Source: Bacteroidota bacterium (GTDB lineage: Bacteria; Bacteroidota; Bacteroidia; Flavobacteriales; UBA7312). From it: a stretch of DNA of 64,000 nt. Location: positions 90,872 through 154,871 of the forward strand of contig JAYYZE010000036.1 of assembly GCA_036340235.1 (NCBI GenBank). The letters are read 5' to 3'. The notes below the pieces were generated by a model. It was given only the letters and a program-made list of their open reading frames with translations. It ran no database searches and had not been told where the DNA came from. Position numbers and translations under genes: made by a program. Below, piece by piece: positions 9,299-17,834 of this stretch (positions within the stretch are counted from its first letter, which is position 1; the number at the start of each line of letters is the position of its first letter).

Positions 9299-11070
9299 TG
9301 ATTGATCAGCAATTACATACAGTCATTTCCAACGCCATTCAAGAATTGTTTGGGGTAGCTGACCAACCTTTTCAAATTCAAAAGACCCGAAAGGACTTTG
9401 AAGGAGATTTGACATTGGTCGTCTTTCCATTGCTCAAACTATCCAAAATGGGCCCTGAGCAAACAGCCGACTCCATTGGAAACTACCTAATGGAAAACTC
9501 TACTATGGTTAAGGAATTTAACACGGTCAAAGGATTTTTAAATCTAACCATTAAAGAGGCTATTTGGTTGGATCATTTTCAGTTGGCACAAAAAGACCCT
9601 TATTTTGGGCTTCAAAAAATAGAAGATGATGCTCCCATCCATATCGTCGAATTTTCATCGCCCAATACTAATAAACCCCTTCATTTAGGTCACATACGAA
9701 ATATTTTATTGGGTAATGCCGTGGCCGATATATTAGCTGCTTCGGGCAAAAGAGTTAAAAAGGTGCAAATTATCAACGATAGAGGTATTCACATTTGCAA
9801 ATCTATGATTGCTTGGCTAGAGTTTGGAAATGGAGAAACCCCACAAACCACCCAAATGAAAGGGGATCACTTTGTGGGTAAGTATTACGTCGTGTTTGAC
9901 CAACAATACAAACATGAGCAAGAAGCCCTCATTCAAACCGGTATGAGTAAAGAAGATGCCGAAAAAGAAGCACCTATCTTTAAAAAAGCACAAGAGCTAC
10001 TCGTTAAATGGGAAGACAAAGACAAGGACGTTATCCAACTATGGCAAAAAATGAACAATTGGGTATATGAGGGGTTTACCTCTACCTACGACCAAATGGG
10101 CGTGTATTTTGATAAAAATTACTATGAAAGTGATACCTACCTATTGGGAAAAGAAGTCATTCAGTCTGGACTGAAAAAAGGAATTTTTTATAGAAAAGAT
10201 GACGGCTCGGTTTGGGTCGACCTTACCGACGACGGATTAGATGAGAAAATACTCTTGCGTTCGGACGGTACGGCAGTCTATATGACACAAGACATCGGAA
10301 CAGCCATCCAGCGACACGATGACTTCCTCTTCTCTCACATGGTCTACACGGTAGGTAATGAGCAAGACTATCACTTTAAGGTACTTTTCCTAATTCTCGA
10401 TAAGCTAGGTTACGATTGGGCCAAAAATTGCTACCATCTCTCTTATGGTATGGTTGACTTACCTACTGGAAAAATGAAATCTAGGGAAGGTACAGTGGTC
10501 GATGCTGACGATCTAATGCAAGAAATGGTTCAAACTGCTAAAAATATTTCTCTTGAGTTGGGTAAGCTAGATGAAATGACAGATCATCAATCAGATCAAT
10601 TATTTGAACAAATAGGCCTTGGTGCATTGAAGTATTTCATGTTGAAGGTAGATCCCCAAAAGCGAATGTTATTTGACCCAAAGGAATCAATTGATTTCAA
10701 TGGAAACACAGGGCCTTTTATTCAATATACCCACGCCAGAATTCAGACAATTTTGAAAAAATATTTACAAGACAAGTACTATGACCCATCAATGGTAATT
10801 TTAGAGTCTAAAGAAAAAGAAATCATCAAGTACCTATTGGATTTTCCACTGGTCATTAACGAATCAGCTCAGGCATATAGCCCTTCGCTATTAGCCAATT
10901 ACATATACGACTTGGTAAAAGAATTTAATGGCTTTTATCAAAATGTACCCATACTTATTGATGAAGACGAAAACAGAAAAGCGTTTAGAATCGCCCTTTG
11001 TCAAGAGGTAGGGAAGGTCATTAAAACAGGAATGAAATTATTAGGGGTCAATGTGCCCAACAGAATGTAA
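9298..11070 (+). CDS. argS: Arginine--tRNA ligase
   Basis: HIGH motif (PLHLGHIRN), KMSKS-like GKMKSREG, and a DALR anticodon-binding C-terminus. I chose the ATG at 9298 (MIDQQLH...), which overlaps the upstream TAA by 1 nt, over the listed 9259 start that would overlap ctlX by 40 nt. Confidence 0.95.
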   Translation: MIDQQLHTVISNAIQELFGVADQPFQIQKTRKDFEGDLTLVVFPLLKLSKMGPEQTADSIGNYLMENSTMVKEFNTVKGFLNLTIKEAIWLDHFQLAQKDPYFGLQKIEDDAPIHIVEFSSPNTNKPLHLGHIRNILLGNAVADILAASGKRVKKVQIINDRGIHICKSMIAWLEFGNGETPQTTQMKGDHFVGKYYVVFDQQYKHEQEALIQTGMSKEDAEKEAPIFKKAQELLVKWEDKDKDVIQLWQKMNNWVYEGFTSTYDQMGVYFDKNYYESDTYLLGKEVIQSGLKKGIFYRKDDGSVWVDLTDDGLDEKILLRSDGTAVYMTQDIGTAIQRHDDFLFSHMVYTVGNEQDYHFKVLFLILDKLGYDWAKNCYHLSYGMVDLPTGKMKSREGTVVDADDLMQEMVQTAKNISLELGKLDEMTDHQSDQLFEQIGLGALKYFMLKVDPQKRMLFDPKESIDFNGNTGPFIQYTHARIQTILKKYLQDKYYDPSMVILESKEKEIIKYLLDFPLVINESAQAYSPSLLANYIYDLVKEFNGFYQNVPILIDEDENRKAFRIALCQEVGKVIKTGMKLLGVNVPNRM

Positions 11071-11076
11071 AAAGAT

Positions 11077-12420
11077 ATGTTTGAAAATTTATCAGAAAAA
11101 TTAGAAAAGGCTTTTAAAGTTCTCAAAGGACAAGGTAGTATTTCCGAAATAAATGTAGCCCAAACGATGAAGGAAATTCGAAAGGCCCTCATCACCGCCG
11201 ATGTGGATTTTAAGACCGCTAAACAATTTACTAACAAGGTCAAAGAAAAGGCCATTGGTCAAAAAGTACTCACTGCCGTCGAACCCGGTCAATTACTCAC
11301 AAAAATAATGCGCGACGAATTGGCCGAGTTGATGGGTAGCTCACACTCAGAAGTTAATCTGCAGGGCAATCCGACCGTGATATTAGTAGCTGGTCTTCAG
11401 GGTTCTGGTAAAACTACTTTTAGTGGAAAGCTAGCACTACATTTGAAAAATAAACACAATAAAAAACCGCTGTTGGTGGCTTGTGATGTATACCGACCTG
11501 CTGCCATCGATCAGTTAGGTGTTTTGGCCGAACAAGTAGGAGCTGATATTTATAAAGAAGATGACAATAAAAATCCAGTCGAGATAGCTCAAAATGCCAT
11601 TAAGTTTGCTAAATCTAATAGTAACAACGTGGTTATAGTCGATACTGCTGGTCGATTAGCTATTGACGAGCAAATGATGACCGAGATTGCACAAGTGAAA
11701 TCCGCAATAATACCTCACGAAACGTTGTTTGTAGTCGATTCCATGACTGGTCAAGATGCCGTCAACACCGCCAAGACCTTTAACGAAAAGCTAAACTTCG
11801 ATGGGGTAGTGCTTACCAAATTAGATGGTGATACGCGGGGGGGGGCTGCCCTAACAATTCGTTCAGTAGTCGATAAGCCCATAAAGTTTATTGGTATCAG
11901 TGAAAAAATGGATGGCTTAGATGTCTTTCATCCCGATCGAATGGCTAGTCGAATTTTGGGTATGGGAGATGTTATATCGTTAGTAGAGAGGGCTCAACAA
12001 CAATTTGATGAACAAGAGGCACGAAAATTGCAAAAGAAAATTGCAAAGAATCAATTTGGTTTTGACGATTTTTTAAAACAAATACAACAAATCAAGAAAA
12101 TGGGTAACATGAAGGACCTTATGGGAATGATTCCAGGCATGGGTAAAGCCCTCAAAGGTATAGACATAGATGATGACGCTTTCAAAGGCATAGAAGCTAT
12201 GATAAAATCCATGACGCAAGAGGAACGAAGCAATCCAAAAATAATTAACGGGAGCCGTAGAAAACGAATTGCCAATGGTAGCGGCACCTCCATTCAAGAA
12301 GTTAATCAACTCATCAAGCAATTTGGCCAAATGGGTAAGATGATGAAAATGATGCAAGGCGGTGGTGCCAAACAAATGATGCAAATGATGCAAAACAAAG
12401 GCGGTATGCCAAGAATGTAA
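11077..12420 (+). CDS. ffh: Signal recognition particle protein Ffh
   Basis: GTPase motifs GLQGSGKTT, DTAGR and TKLDGDTRGGAAL are present. The M-domain and tail are Met-rich (MGKMMKMMQGGGAKQMMQMMQ). Confidence 0.97.
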   Translation: MFENLSEKLEKAFKVLKGQGSISEINVAQTMKEIRKALITADVDFKTAKQFTNKVKEKAIGQKVLTAVEPGQLLTKIMRDELAELMGSSHSEVNLQGNPTVILVAGLQGSGKTTFSGKLALHLKNKHNKKPLLVACDVYRPAAIDQLGVLAEQVGADIYKEDDNKNPVEIAQNAIKFAKSNSNNVVIVDTAGRLAIDEQMMTEIAQVKSAIIPHETLFVVDSMTGQDAVNTAKTFNEKLNFDGVVLTKLDGDTRGGAALTIRSVVDKPIKFIGISEKMDGLDVFHPDRMASRILGMGDVISLVERAQQQFDEQEARKLQKKIAKNQFGFDDFLKQIQQIKKMGNMKDLMGMIPGMGKALKGIDIDDDAFKGIEAMIKSMTQEERSNPKIINGSRRKRIANGSGTSIQEVNQLIKQFGQMGKMMKMMQGGGAKQMMQMMQNKGGMPRM

Positions 12421-12431
12421 CACAGTAAATA

Positions 12432-13310
12432 ATGCAACTATTAGACGGTAAACAAACCTCCTTAGACATTCAGGAAGAAATTGCTATCGAGGTTCAAAAA
12501 TTACTAAAACAAGGCAAAAAGAAACCTCACCTTGCAGCAATTTTGGTGGGCAATGATGGGGCTAGCGAAACCTATGTGGGTGCCAAAGTAAAGGCCTGTC
12601 AACGAGTTGGTTTTGATTCCAGTCTCTTTCGTTTTGAAGATAGCATAAGCCAAAACGCACTTATTGAAGAAGTTCAAAAAATCAATGCCAATGACAACAT
12701 TGACGGACTCATAGTTCAATTGCCGCTACCCAGTCACATTGACGAAATGACTATTACTGAAACCATCTTACCCTCTAAAGATGTGGATGGATTTCATCCT
12801 CAAAACATTGGTAAAATGGCTTTAAACCTACCCACCTTTTTGCCAGCCACACCAGCTGGTATTTTGGAATTAATCAAACGCTACCAGATTGAAACGGTAG
12901 GCAAACACTGCGTAGTAGTTGGCAGAAGTCATATAGTCGGTTCTCCGATGAGTATTTTGATGGCACGTAACGCCTATCCTGGTAACTGTACCGTTACACT
13001 TACCCATAGCAGAACCAACAATTTAAAGGATATATGCCTAACAGCCGATATATTGATTGTCGCTCTGGGTAGAGCTGATTTTATTACCGCTGATATGGTC
13101 AAACATGGGGCATGTGTCATCGATGTTGGAATAACACGACAAAAATCTGACAAAACTAAAAGTGGTTGGAAATTAAAAGGTGATGTTAACTTTGATGAGG
13201 TGGCTCATAAGTCAAGGTTTATAACTCCTGTTCCCGGGGGAGTTGGTCCAATGACCATTGCTATGTTATTACAAAACACCCTTTTTGCGGTAAAAGGATT
13301 TGAACAATGA
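12432..13310 (+). CDS. folD: Bifunctional methylenetetrahydrofolate dehydrogenase/cyclohydrolase FolD
   Basis: 292 aa. Motifs YVGAKVKAC, VQLPLP, DVDGFHP, GRSHIVGSPM and PGGVGPMT. Confidence 0.95.
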   Translation: MQLLDGKQTSLDIQEEIAIEVQKLLKQGKKKPHLAAILVGNDGASETYVGAKVKACQRVGFDSSLFRFEDSISQNALIEEVQKINANDNIDGLIVQLPLPSHIDEMTITETILPSKDVDGFHPQNIGKMALNLPTFLPATPAGILELIKRYQIETVGKHCVVVGRSHIVGSPMSILMARNAYPGNCTVTLTHSRTNNLKDICLTADILIVALGRADFITADMVKHGACVIDVGITRQKSDKTKSGWKLKGDVNFDEVAHKSRFITPVPGGVGPMTIAMLLQNTLFAVKGFEQ

Positions 13311-13939
13311 CAACAGATACCCAATCGTCAGTACAACAAGGTCTAATGTTGCCTTTAATGGAGGCCTTCTACACCATTCAGGGCGAGGGTCATTTTTCTG
13401 GCACACCGGCTTATTTTTTGAGAATTGGGGGTTGCGACGTGGGTTGCCACTGGTGCGATGTCAAAGAAAGTTGGGATGCCTCCTTACACCCACCCACTCA
13501 TATTGATGATATGCTCACTCAAATAAAAAACAGCCCAGCCAGTACAGTCGTTATCACAGGTGGTGAACCCCTTATGTGGAATATGGAACCACTAACAAGT
13601 TTGCTACAAGCCAACGGTTTTGCTGTTCATATTGAAACGTCTGGTGCTTACCCATTGTCAGGTAATTTTCATTGGATATGTCTCTCACCTAAAAAAAATA
13701 ACCCACCTCAAACGGCAATAATTCCTCTAGCTAATGAGTTAAAGGTTATAGTTCATAATATGAATGACTTCAAATGGGCCGAAGGATATTCCCAGCAGTG
13801 TGCAGATTCCTGCAAACGTTTTCTTCAACCAGAATGGAGTAAAGAAAAGGAAATGATGCCTCATATTACCGATTATGTAATGAAATACCCAAAGTGGAGC
13901 ATATCTCTTCAAACACACAAGTATATGGGTATCCCCTAA
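13307..13939 (+). CDS. queE: 7-carboxy-7-deazaguanine synthase QueE (radical SAM)
   Basis: FYTIQGEG...FLRIGGCDVGCHWCD carries the CxxxCxxC cluster. About 210 aa, as in the Bacteroidota type. It has a 4-nt overlap with folD. Confidence 0.85.
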   Translation: MTTDTQSSVQQGLMLPLMEAFYTIQGEGHFSGTPAYFLRIGGCDVGCHWCDVKESWDASLHPPTHIDDMLTQIKNSPASTVVITGGEPLMWNMEPLTSLLQANGFAVHIETSGAYPLSGNFHWICLSPKKNNPPQTAIIPLANELKVIVHNMNDFKWAEGYSQQCADSCKRFLQPEWSKEKEMMPHITDYVMKYPKWSISLQTHKYMGIP

Positions 13940-13952
13940 GAAAACAAAATCA

Positions 13953-15836
13953 ATGAAAAAAATTCTTCTATTTTTTTTATTTCCATTCGTTTTGTTTGCT
14001 CAAAACACTTCTAAAGCTAAAAAGGCCTACGTCAAGGCTGAAGAGTTTTATCAGCAAAACAACGATCAAAAAGCTACCGAATTTGTGCTATCGGCTATTA
14101 GGCAAGACCCCAATTATTTACCCTCTTACTTACTTTTAGGGCAAATCAAAGAAGAAGCAGGAAAAATTCAAGAAGCCATAGACAACTACCTTATTGGACT
14201 TTCTGATAACAATTCTGAAAATGCCTGGGGGTACTGGAAGGTGGGTATGCTTAATATGGACTTAGCCAATTATAACGAAGCTAAAAAGGCCTTCGACTAC
14301 TTCTTACAATTTAATAACCAACGAAGTAAGCGTATCAATTCTGCTAAACAGCAATTGGATAATTGTCACTTTGCCATAGAAGCATTAAAAAATCCCGTGG
14401 CATTCAATTTTGAAAACATGGGTGAAGGAATAAATAGCCAATGGGAAGAATATTTGCCATCCATTTCTGCTGACGGAAAGTTGTTTGTCATTACCAGAAG
14501 AGGTCCCCACCAAAATAATGTCGTGTCAGAAGACTTTTATCAGAGTGTATTTGAAAATGGTCAGTGGACAACGGCCCAAAATTTAGGACCTTCAGTCAAT
14601 ACACTAGGAAATGAGGGAGCACAATGCTTAGCTCCAAATGGAAAAGTGTTGTTTTTTACCGCTTGCGACAGGGAAGATGGTTTTGGTCGTTGTGATATTT
14701 ACATTAGTTTAAAGCGTAACGGTCAGTGGACCGAAGCGAGAAATATTGGACCTAGTATCAACTCCAAACACTGGGAATCGCAACCAACCATTTCTCCAGA
14801 TGGAAGAGAATTATATTTTGTTAGTAACCGACCAGGTGGATATGGCGATATGGATATATGGAAAAGCGTCTTGACAAAGCATGGCACTTTTTCAGAGCCA
14901 GTGAATCTAGGACCGACCATCAATACACTTTATGATGAAATGTCACCCTTTATTCATACCGACAACCAAAGTTTGTATTTCGCTTCTAATGGCCATCCTG
15001 GAATGGGCGATTTTGACCTCTTTGTCAGCCGTCGAGATTTCCCATATACCGACTGGCAAATTCCTAAAAATATAGGCTATCCCATTAACACCAATGGGGT
15101 AGAAAATAGTTTGATTGTTGCATCCGATGGCAAGACGGCCTATTTTGCTTCGGATAAATCTGGCTATGGACAAGAAGATATATTTTGGTTTCACTTGCCT
15201 AAAGAGCACCAAGCCAAACAAGTCGCTTATTTAAACACCAAAGTGTTAGATGCTGAGAGCAAGACGCCTTTAAAAGCAAGCGTAGAAATTGTTGATTTAG
15301 CTACTGGTAAGGTAATGATATCTTCGTTTACTTACACCAAAACCGGCGATTTTTTTACCTGTTTGCCTGCCAATACCAATTATGCTGTCAACGTGTCTAG
15401 GGATAACTATCTTTTTCATTCAGAAAACTTTTCGCTAAATCAACAAAGTGCCTTACAAGCCTTACAGCTGGAAATAGAATTGCAACGCCCCAAGAAAGGA
15501 AGTGCCATTGTACTAAATAATATCTTTTTCGACACCGATGCATACACTTTGAAAAGTGAATCCGAAACGGAATTGAAAACCCTCTTCACCTTTTTGACCG
15601 ACAACCCCGATTTACAAGTTGAGATAGAAGGTCATACGGACAATTTGGGAGGAGAAGCATACAACCTATCGCTTTCTGAAAATAGGGCCAAAGCGGTCTA
15701 TGATTATTTAGTGGAGAATGGAATTCCAGCAAATCGCTTAACTTATAAAGGGTTTGGAGCATCTCAACCCATGGCTGATAATGAAACCGATCAGGGTAGA
15801 GCCGAAAATAGACGTACCGCTTTTCGGGTAAAGTAG
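13953..15836 (+). CDS. PorE-like envelope protein (TPR + TolB-type PD40 beta-propeller + carboxypeptidase-regulatory-like + OmpA_C peptidoglycan-binding domain)
   Basis: Signal peptide, then a TPR-like N-terminus. Repeated PD40 motifs are present (EYLPSISADGK, ESQPTISPDGRELYFVSNRPGGYGDMDIW, SPFIHTDNQSLYFASN). The OmpA_C end reads NIFFDTDAYTL...IEGHTDNLGGEAYNLSLSENRAKAV...NRRTAF. Confidence 0.8.
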   Translation: MKKILLFFLFPFVLFAQNTSKAKKAYVKAEEFYQQNNDQKATEFVLSAIRQDPNYLPSYLLLGQIKEEAGKIQEAIDNYLIGLSDNNSENAWGYWKVGMLNMDLANYNEAKKAFDYFLQFNNQRSKRINSAKQQLDNCHFAIEALKNPVAFNFENMGEGINSQWEEYLPSISADGKLFVITRRGPHQNNVVSEDFYQSVFENGQWTTAQNLGPSVNTLGNEGAQCLAPNGKVLFFTACDREDGFGRCDIYISLKRNGQWTEARNIGPSINSKHWESQPTISPDGRELYFVSNRPGGYGDMDIWKSVLTKHGTFSEPVNLGPTINTLYDEMSPFIHTDNQSLYFASNGHPGMGDFDLFVSRRDFPYTDWQIPKNIGYPINTNGVENSLIVASDGKTAYFASDKSGYGQEDIFWFHLPKEHQAKQVAYLNTKVLDAESKTPLKASVEIVDLATGKVMISSFTYTKTGDFFTCLPANTNYAVNVSRDNYLFHSENFSLNQQSALQALQLEIELQRPKKGSAIVLNNIFFDTDAYTLKSESETELKTLFTFLTDNPDLQVEIEGHTDNLGGEAYNLSLSENRAKAVYDYLVENGIPANRLTYKGFGASQPMADNETDQGRAENRRTAFRVK

Positions 15837-15860
15837 TACACCAGACCTAAAAAAGTTTTT

Positions 15861-16652
15861 TTATATCGCTTTCTTCAAATGAATTAATTTTTTAATTAAT
15901 TTTTCTAATTCATTAATTGGCAACATATTAGCACCATCAGATTTTGCTTGAGAGGGGTCGGGGTGTGTTTCAATAAAAATACCATCAGCCCCAGTGGCTA
16001 TGGCTGCTTTGGCAATTGTTTCAATCATTTCAGGTGTTCCACCGGTTATACCACTAATTTGGTTGGGTTGCTGTAAAGAATGAGTCACATCCATAATAAC
16101 GGGTGCGTAGCGTTGCATTATTGGTATGCTCCTAAAGTCTACAACTAAATCTTGGTAGCCGAATTGACTTCCACGTTCTGTTAGCAGAACACATTGGTTG
16201 CCACTATCTTTCACTTTTTGGATCGCAAATTGCATGCTTTCAGGTGAAAGAAACTGTCCTTTTTTGATATTGACTGTTTTGCCAGTTTTAGCCGCCGCAT
16301 CTATTAAGTCTGTTTGTCTACACAAAAAGGCAGGGATTTGAAGAATATCCACGTGTTTGGCTGCTATTTGGGCTTCTTCAACTGAATGAATATCGGTGGT
16401 AACAGGAATATCAAGTTCTTTTCTGATTTTACTCAGTATATCAAGTGCTTTTTCATCGCCAATTCCAGTAAATGAATCCAAACGCGAACGATTTGCTTTT
16501 CGGTAAGATCCTTTGAATACATAGGGGATTTCTAATTTTTGACAGATACCTTTGATGTGTCGTGCGATACCAAAGGCCATCTCCTCACTTTCAATCACGC
16601 AGGGTCCAGCAATTAAAAAAAAAGAATTTTCAAATATTAGTTTACTTGTCAC
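15861..16652 (-). CDS. kdsA: 3-deoxy-8-phosphooctulonate synthase
   Basis: 263 aa. FFLIAGPCVIES, FKGSYRKANRS, IPAFLCRQTDL and DVTHSLQ are typical KDO8P synthase motifs. Confidence 0.93.
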   Translation of the reverse strand: MTSKLIFENSFFLIAGPCVIESEEMAFGIARHIKGICQKLEIPYVFKGSYRKANRSRLDSFTGIGDEKALDILSKIRKELDIPVTTDIHSVEEAQIAAKHVDILQIPAFLCRQTDLIDAAAKTGKTVNIKKGQFLSPESMQFAIQKVKDSGNQCVLLTERGSQFGYQDLVVDFRSIPIMQRYAPVIMDVTHSLQQPNQISGITGGTPEMIETIAKAAIATGADGIFIETHPDPSQAKSDGANMLPINELEKLIKKLIHLKKAI

Positions 16653-17834
16653 TTATTTAGTTTGTTTACTTGTCGAAAATACTCTTTTTATGCCAAAACA
16701 AAGGTGTAACCCATAATTTTGGGATGGCGCAATGGAATTAGCTTGCTTGGTGAATAGCGAGTAAGTCATTTTTTGACCACTAAAGCCATAGCCAAATTGA
16801 AAGCCAGGACGTTCATATCCTCCGATGTGATACCCTAAAATAAATTCGTGTTTTTTAAACGATTTCATCAGGTCTAAGGAGACTCGCGGTAGTTCATAAA
16901 TTCCTGACTTATGAACAGCTGAAAACCGTATCGCATCTATATAAGTTAGGTTAGTTTTTTGAATGGTAGAAAATGCTAGTGTAGTAGGGAGTCTCCAAGT
17001 GTAGCTTTCTTTCTTGACTAGATTAAAAATAGATTGTAAACTATCAAATTCACTGCTAAGCAAACTATCGTTAAACGCTATAAAATCATCAACATTTATT
17101 CCCTCAAACGACCATGAACTATTCACATGTCTATTATTTGTCGTTTCGTCCCACTCAATAAATCCTAAATCTTGTACTGAAACAATAAAACTTCCATTTC
17201 CAACAGAGTCCCTGTAGGTAAATCCAAGAGCTGCCCCTTTTCCATTTAAATTGAATAAATTATTTATTATATTGGTGGTATCGGTGTAGTGTCCTTCAAA
17301 ATCGACTTCATAAGCCACGCTACTTCCAGATTCTCCTGTGCTAAAAATAGCATTTTTGATATCAAAATTAGCCATTTGATGTCCACCTATAAATGCCACA
17401 GAGGTTGAAAATTTAGGATGCCATTGGTAGTATGCTTCTAGTTTTGAATAATGATAAGTTGTTAACTTAACTGGTGAAAGATCTAATTGCTCTCCTTTGT
17501 ATGGAGCGTTTCCAAATAGTATCAACTCTACCAAAGGTTTACTGTAAGAGCTATACAAGGCAACATGATTGCCGAATGAAAGTCCCCACCCTTTTTTATG
17601 CTCATACGAGATTTCATTATCCCATTCAAACTGAAGGTAGTTTTTGGATTTAAGAGCAGCTATGATGTTTGCTTTTTCAGTATTGTCCAAAAATCCATAT
17701 GATTCTGACAGAAGCGGTTCGTTAATACTGCTGTTAAACAAGCCTATATTGGAAGATATTTCTAAACTACTTTCTTGAGAAAAAACAGAAAACGAAAGAT
17801 GAAAGAAGGTTATGATTACGATGACATTTCTCAT
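16653..17834 (-). CDS. Hypothetical outer-membrane protein (predicted beta-barrel), family not recognised
   Basis: Signal peptide (VIVIITFFHLSFSVFSQ). Alternating aromatic/Gly beta-strand-like segments are present (GLSFGNHVALYSSY, LGYHIGGYERPGFQFGYGFSG). Its start shares a nucleotide with the upstream stop at 17834. I found no enzyme motifs. Confidence 0.55.
   Translation of the reverse strand: MRNVIVIITFFHLSFSVFSQESSLEISSNIGLFNSSINEPLLSESYGFLDNTEKANIIAALKSKNYLQFEWDNEISYEHKKGWGLSFGNHVALYSSYSKPLVELILFGNAPYKGEQLDLSPVKLTTYHYSKLEAYYQWHPKFSTSVAFIGGHQMANFDIKNAIFSTGESGSSVAYEVDFEGHYTDTTNIINNLFNLNGKGAALGFTYRDSVGNGSFIVSVQDLGFIEWDETTNNRHVNSSWSFEGINVDDFIAFNDSLLSSEFDSLQSIFNLVKKESYTWRLPTTLAFSTIQKTNLTYIDAIRFSAVHKSGIYELPRVSLDLMKSFKKHEFILGYHIGGYERPGFQFGYGFSGQKMTYSLFTKQANSIAPSQNYGLHLCFGIKRVFSTSKQTK

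Noticed and set aside
12073-12423. 116-aa His-rich ORF antisense to the 3' end of ffh.
   Set aside because: The His/Leu richness is the reverse-complement image of the Met/Gln/Lys-rich M-domain tail (ATG/CAT repeats). It is not an independent gene.
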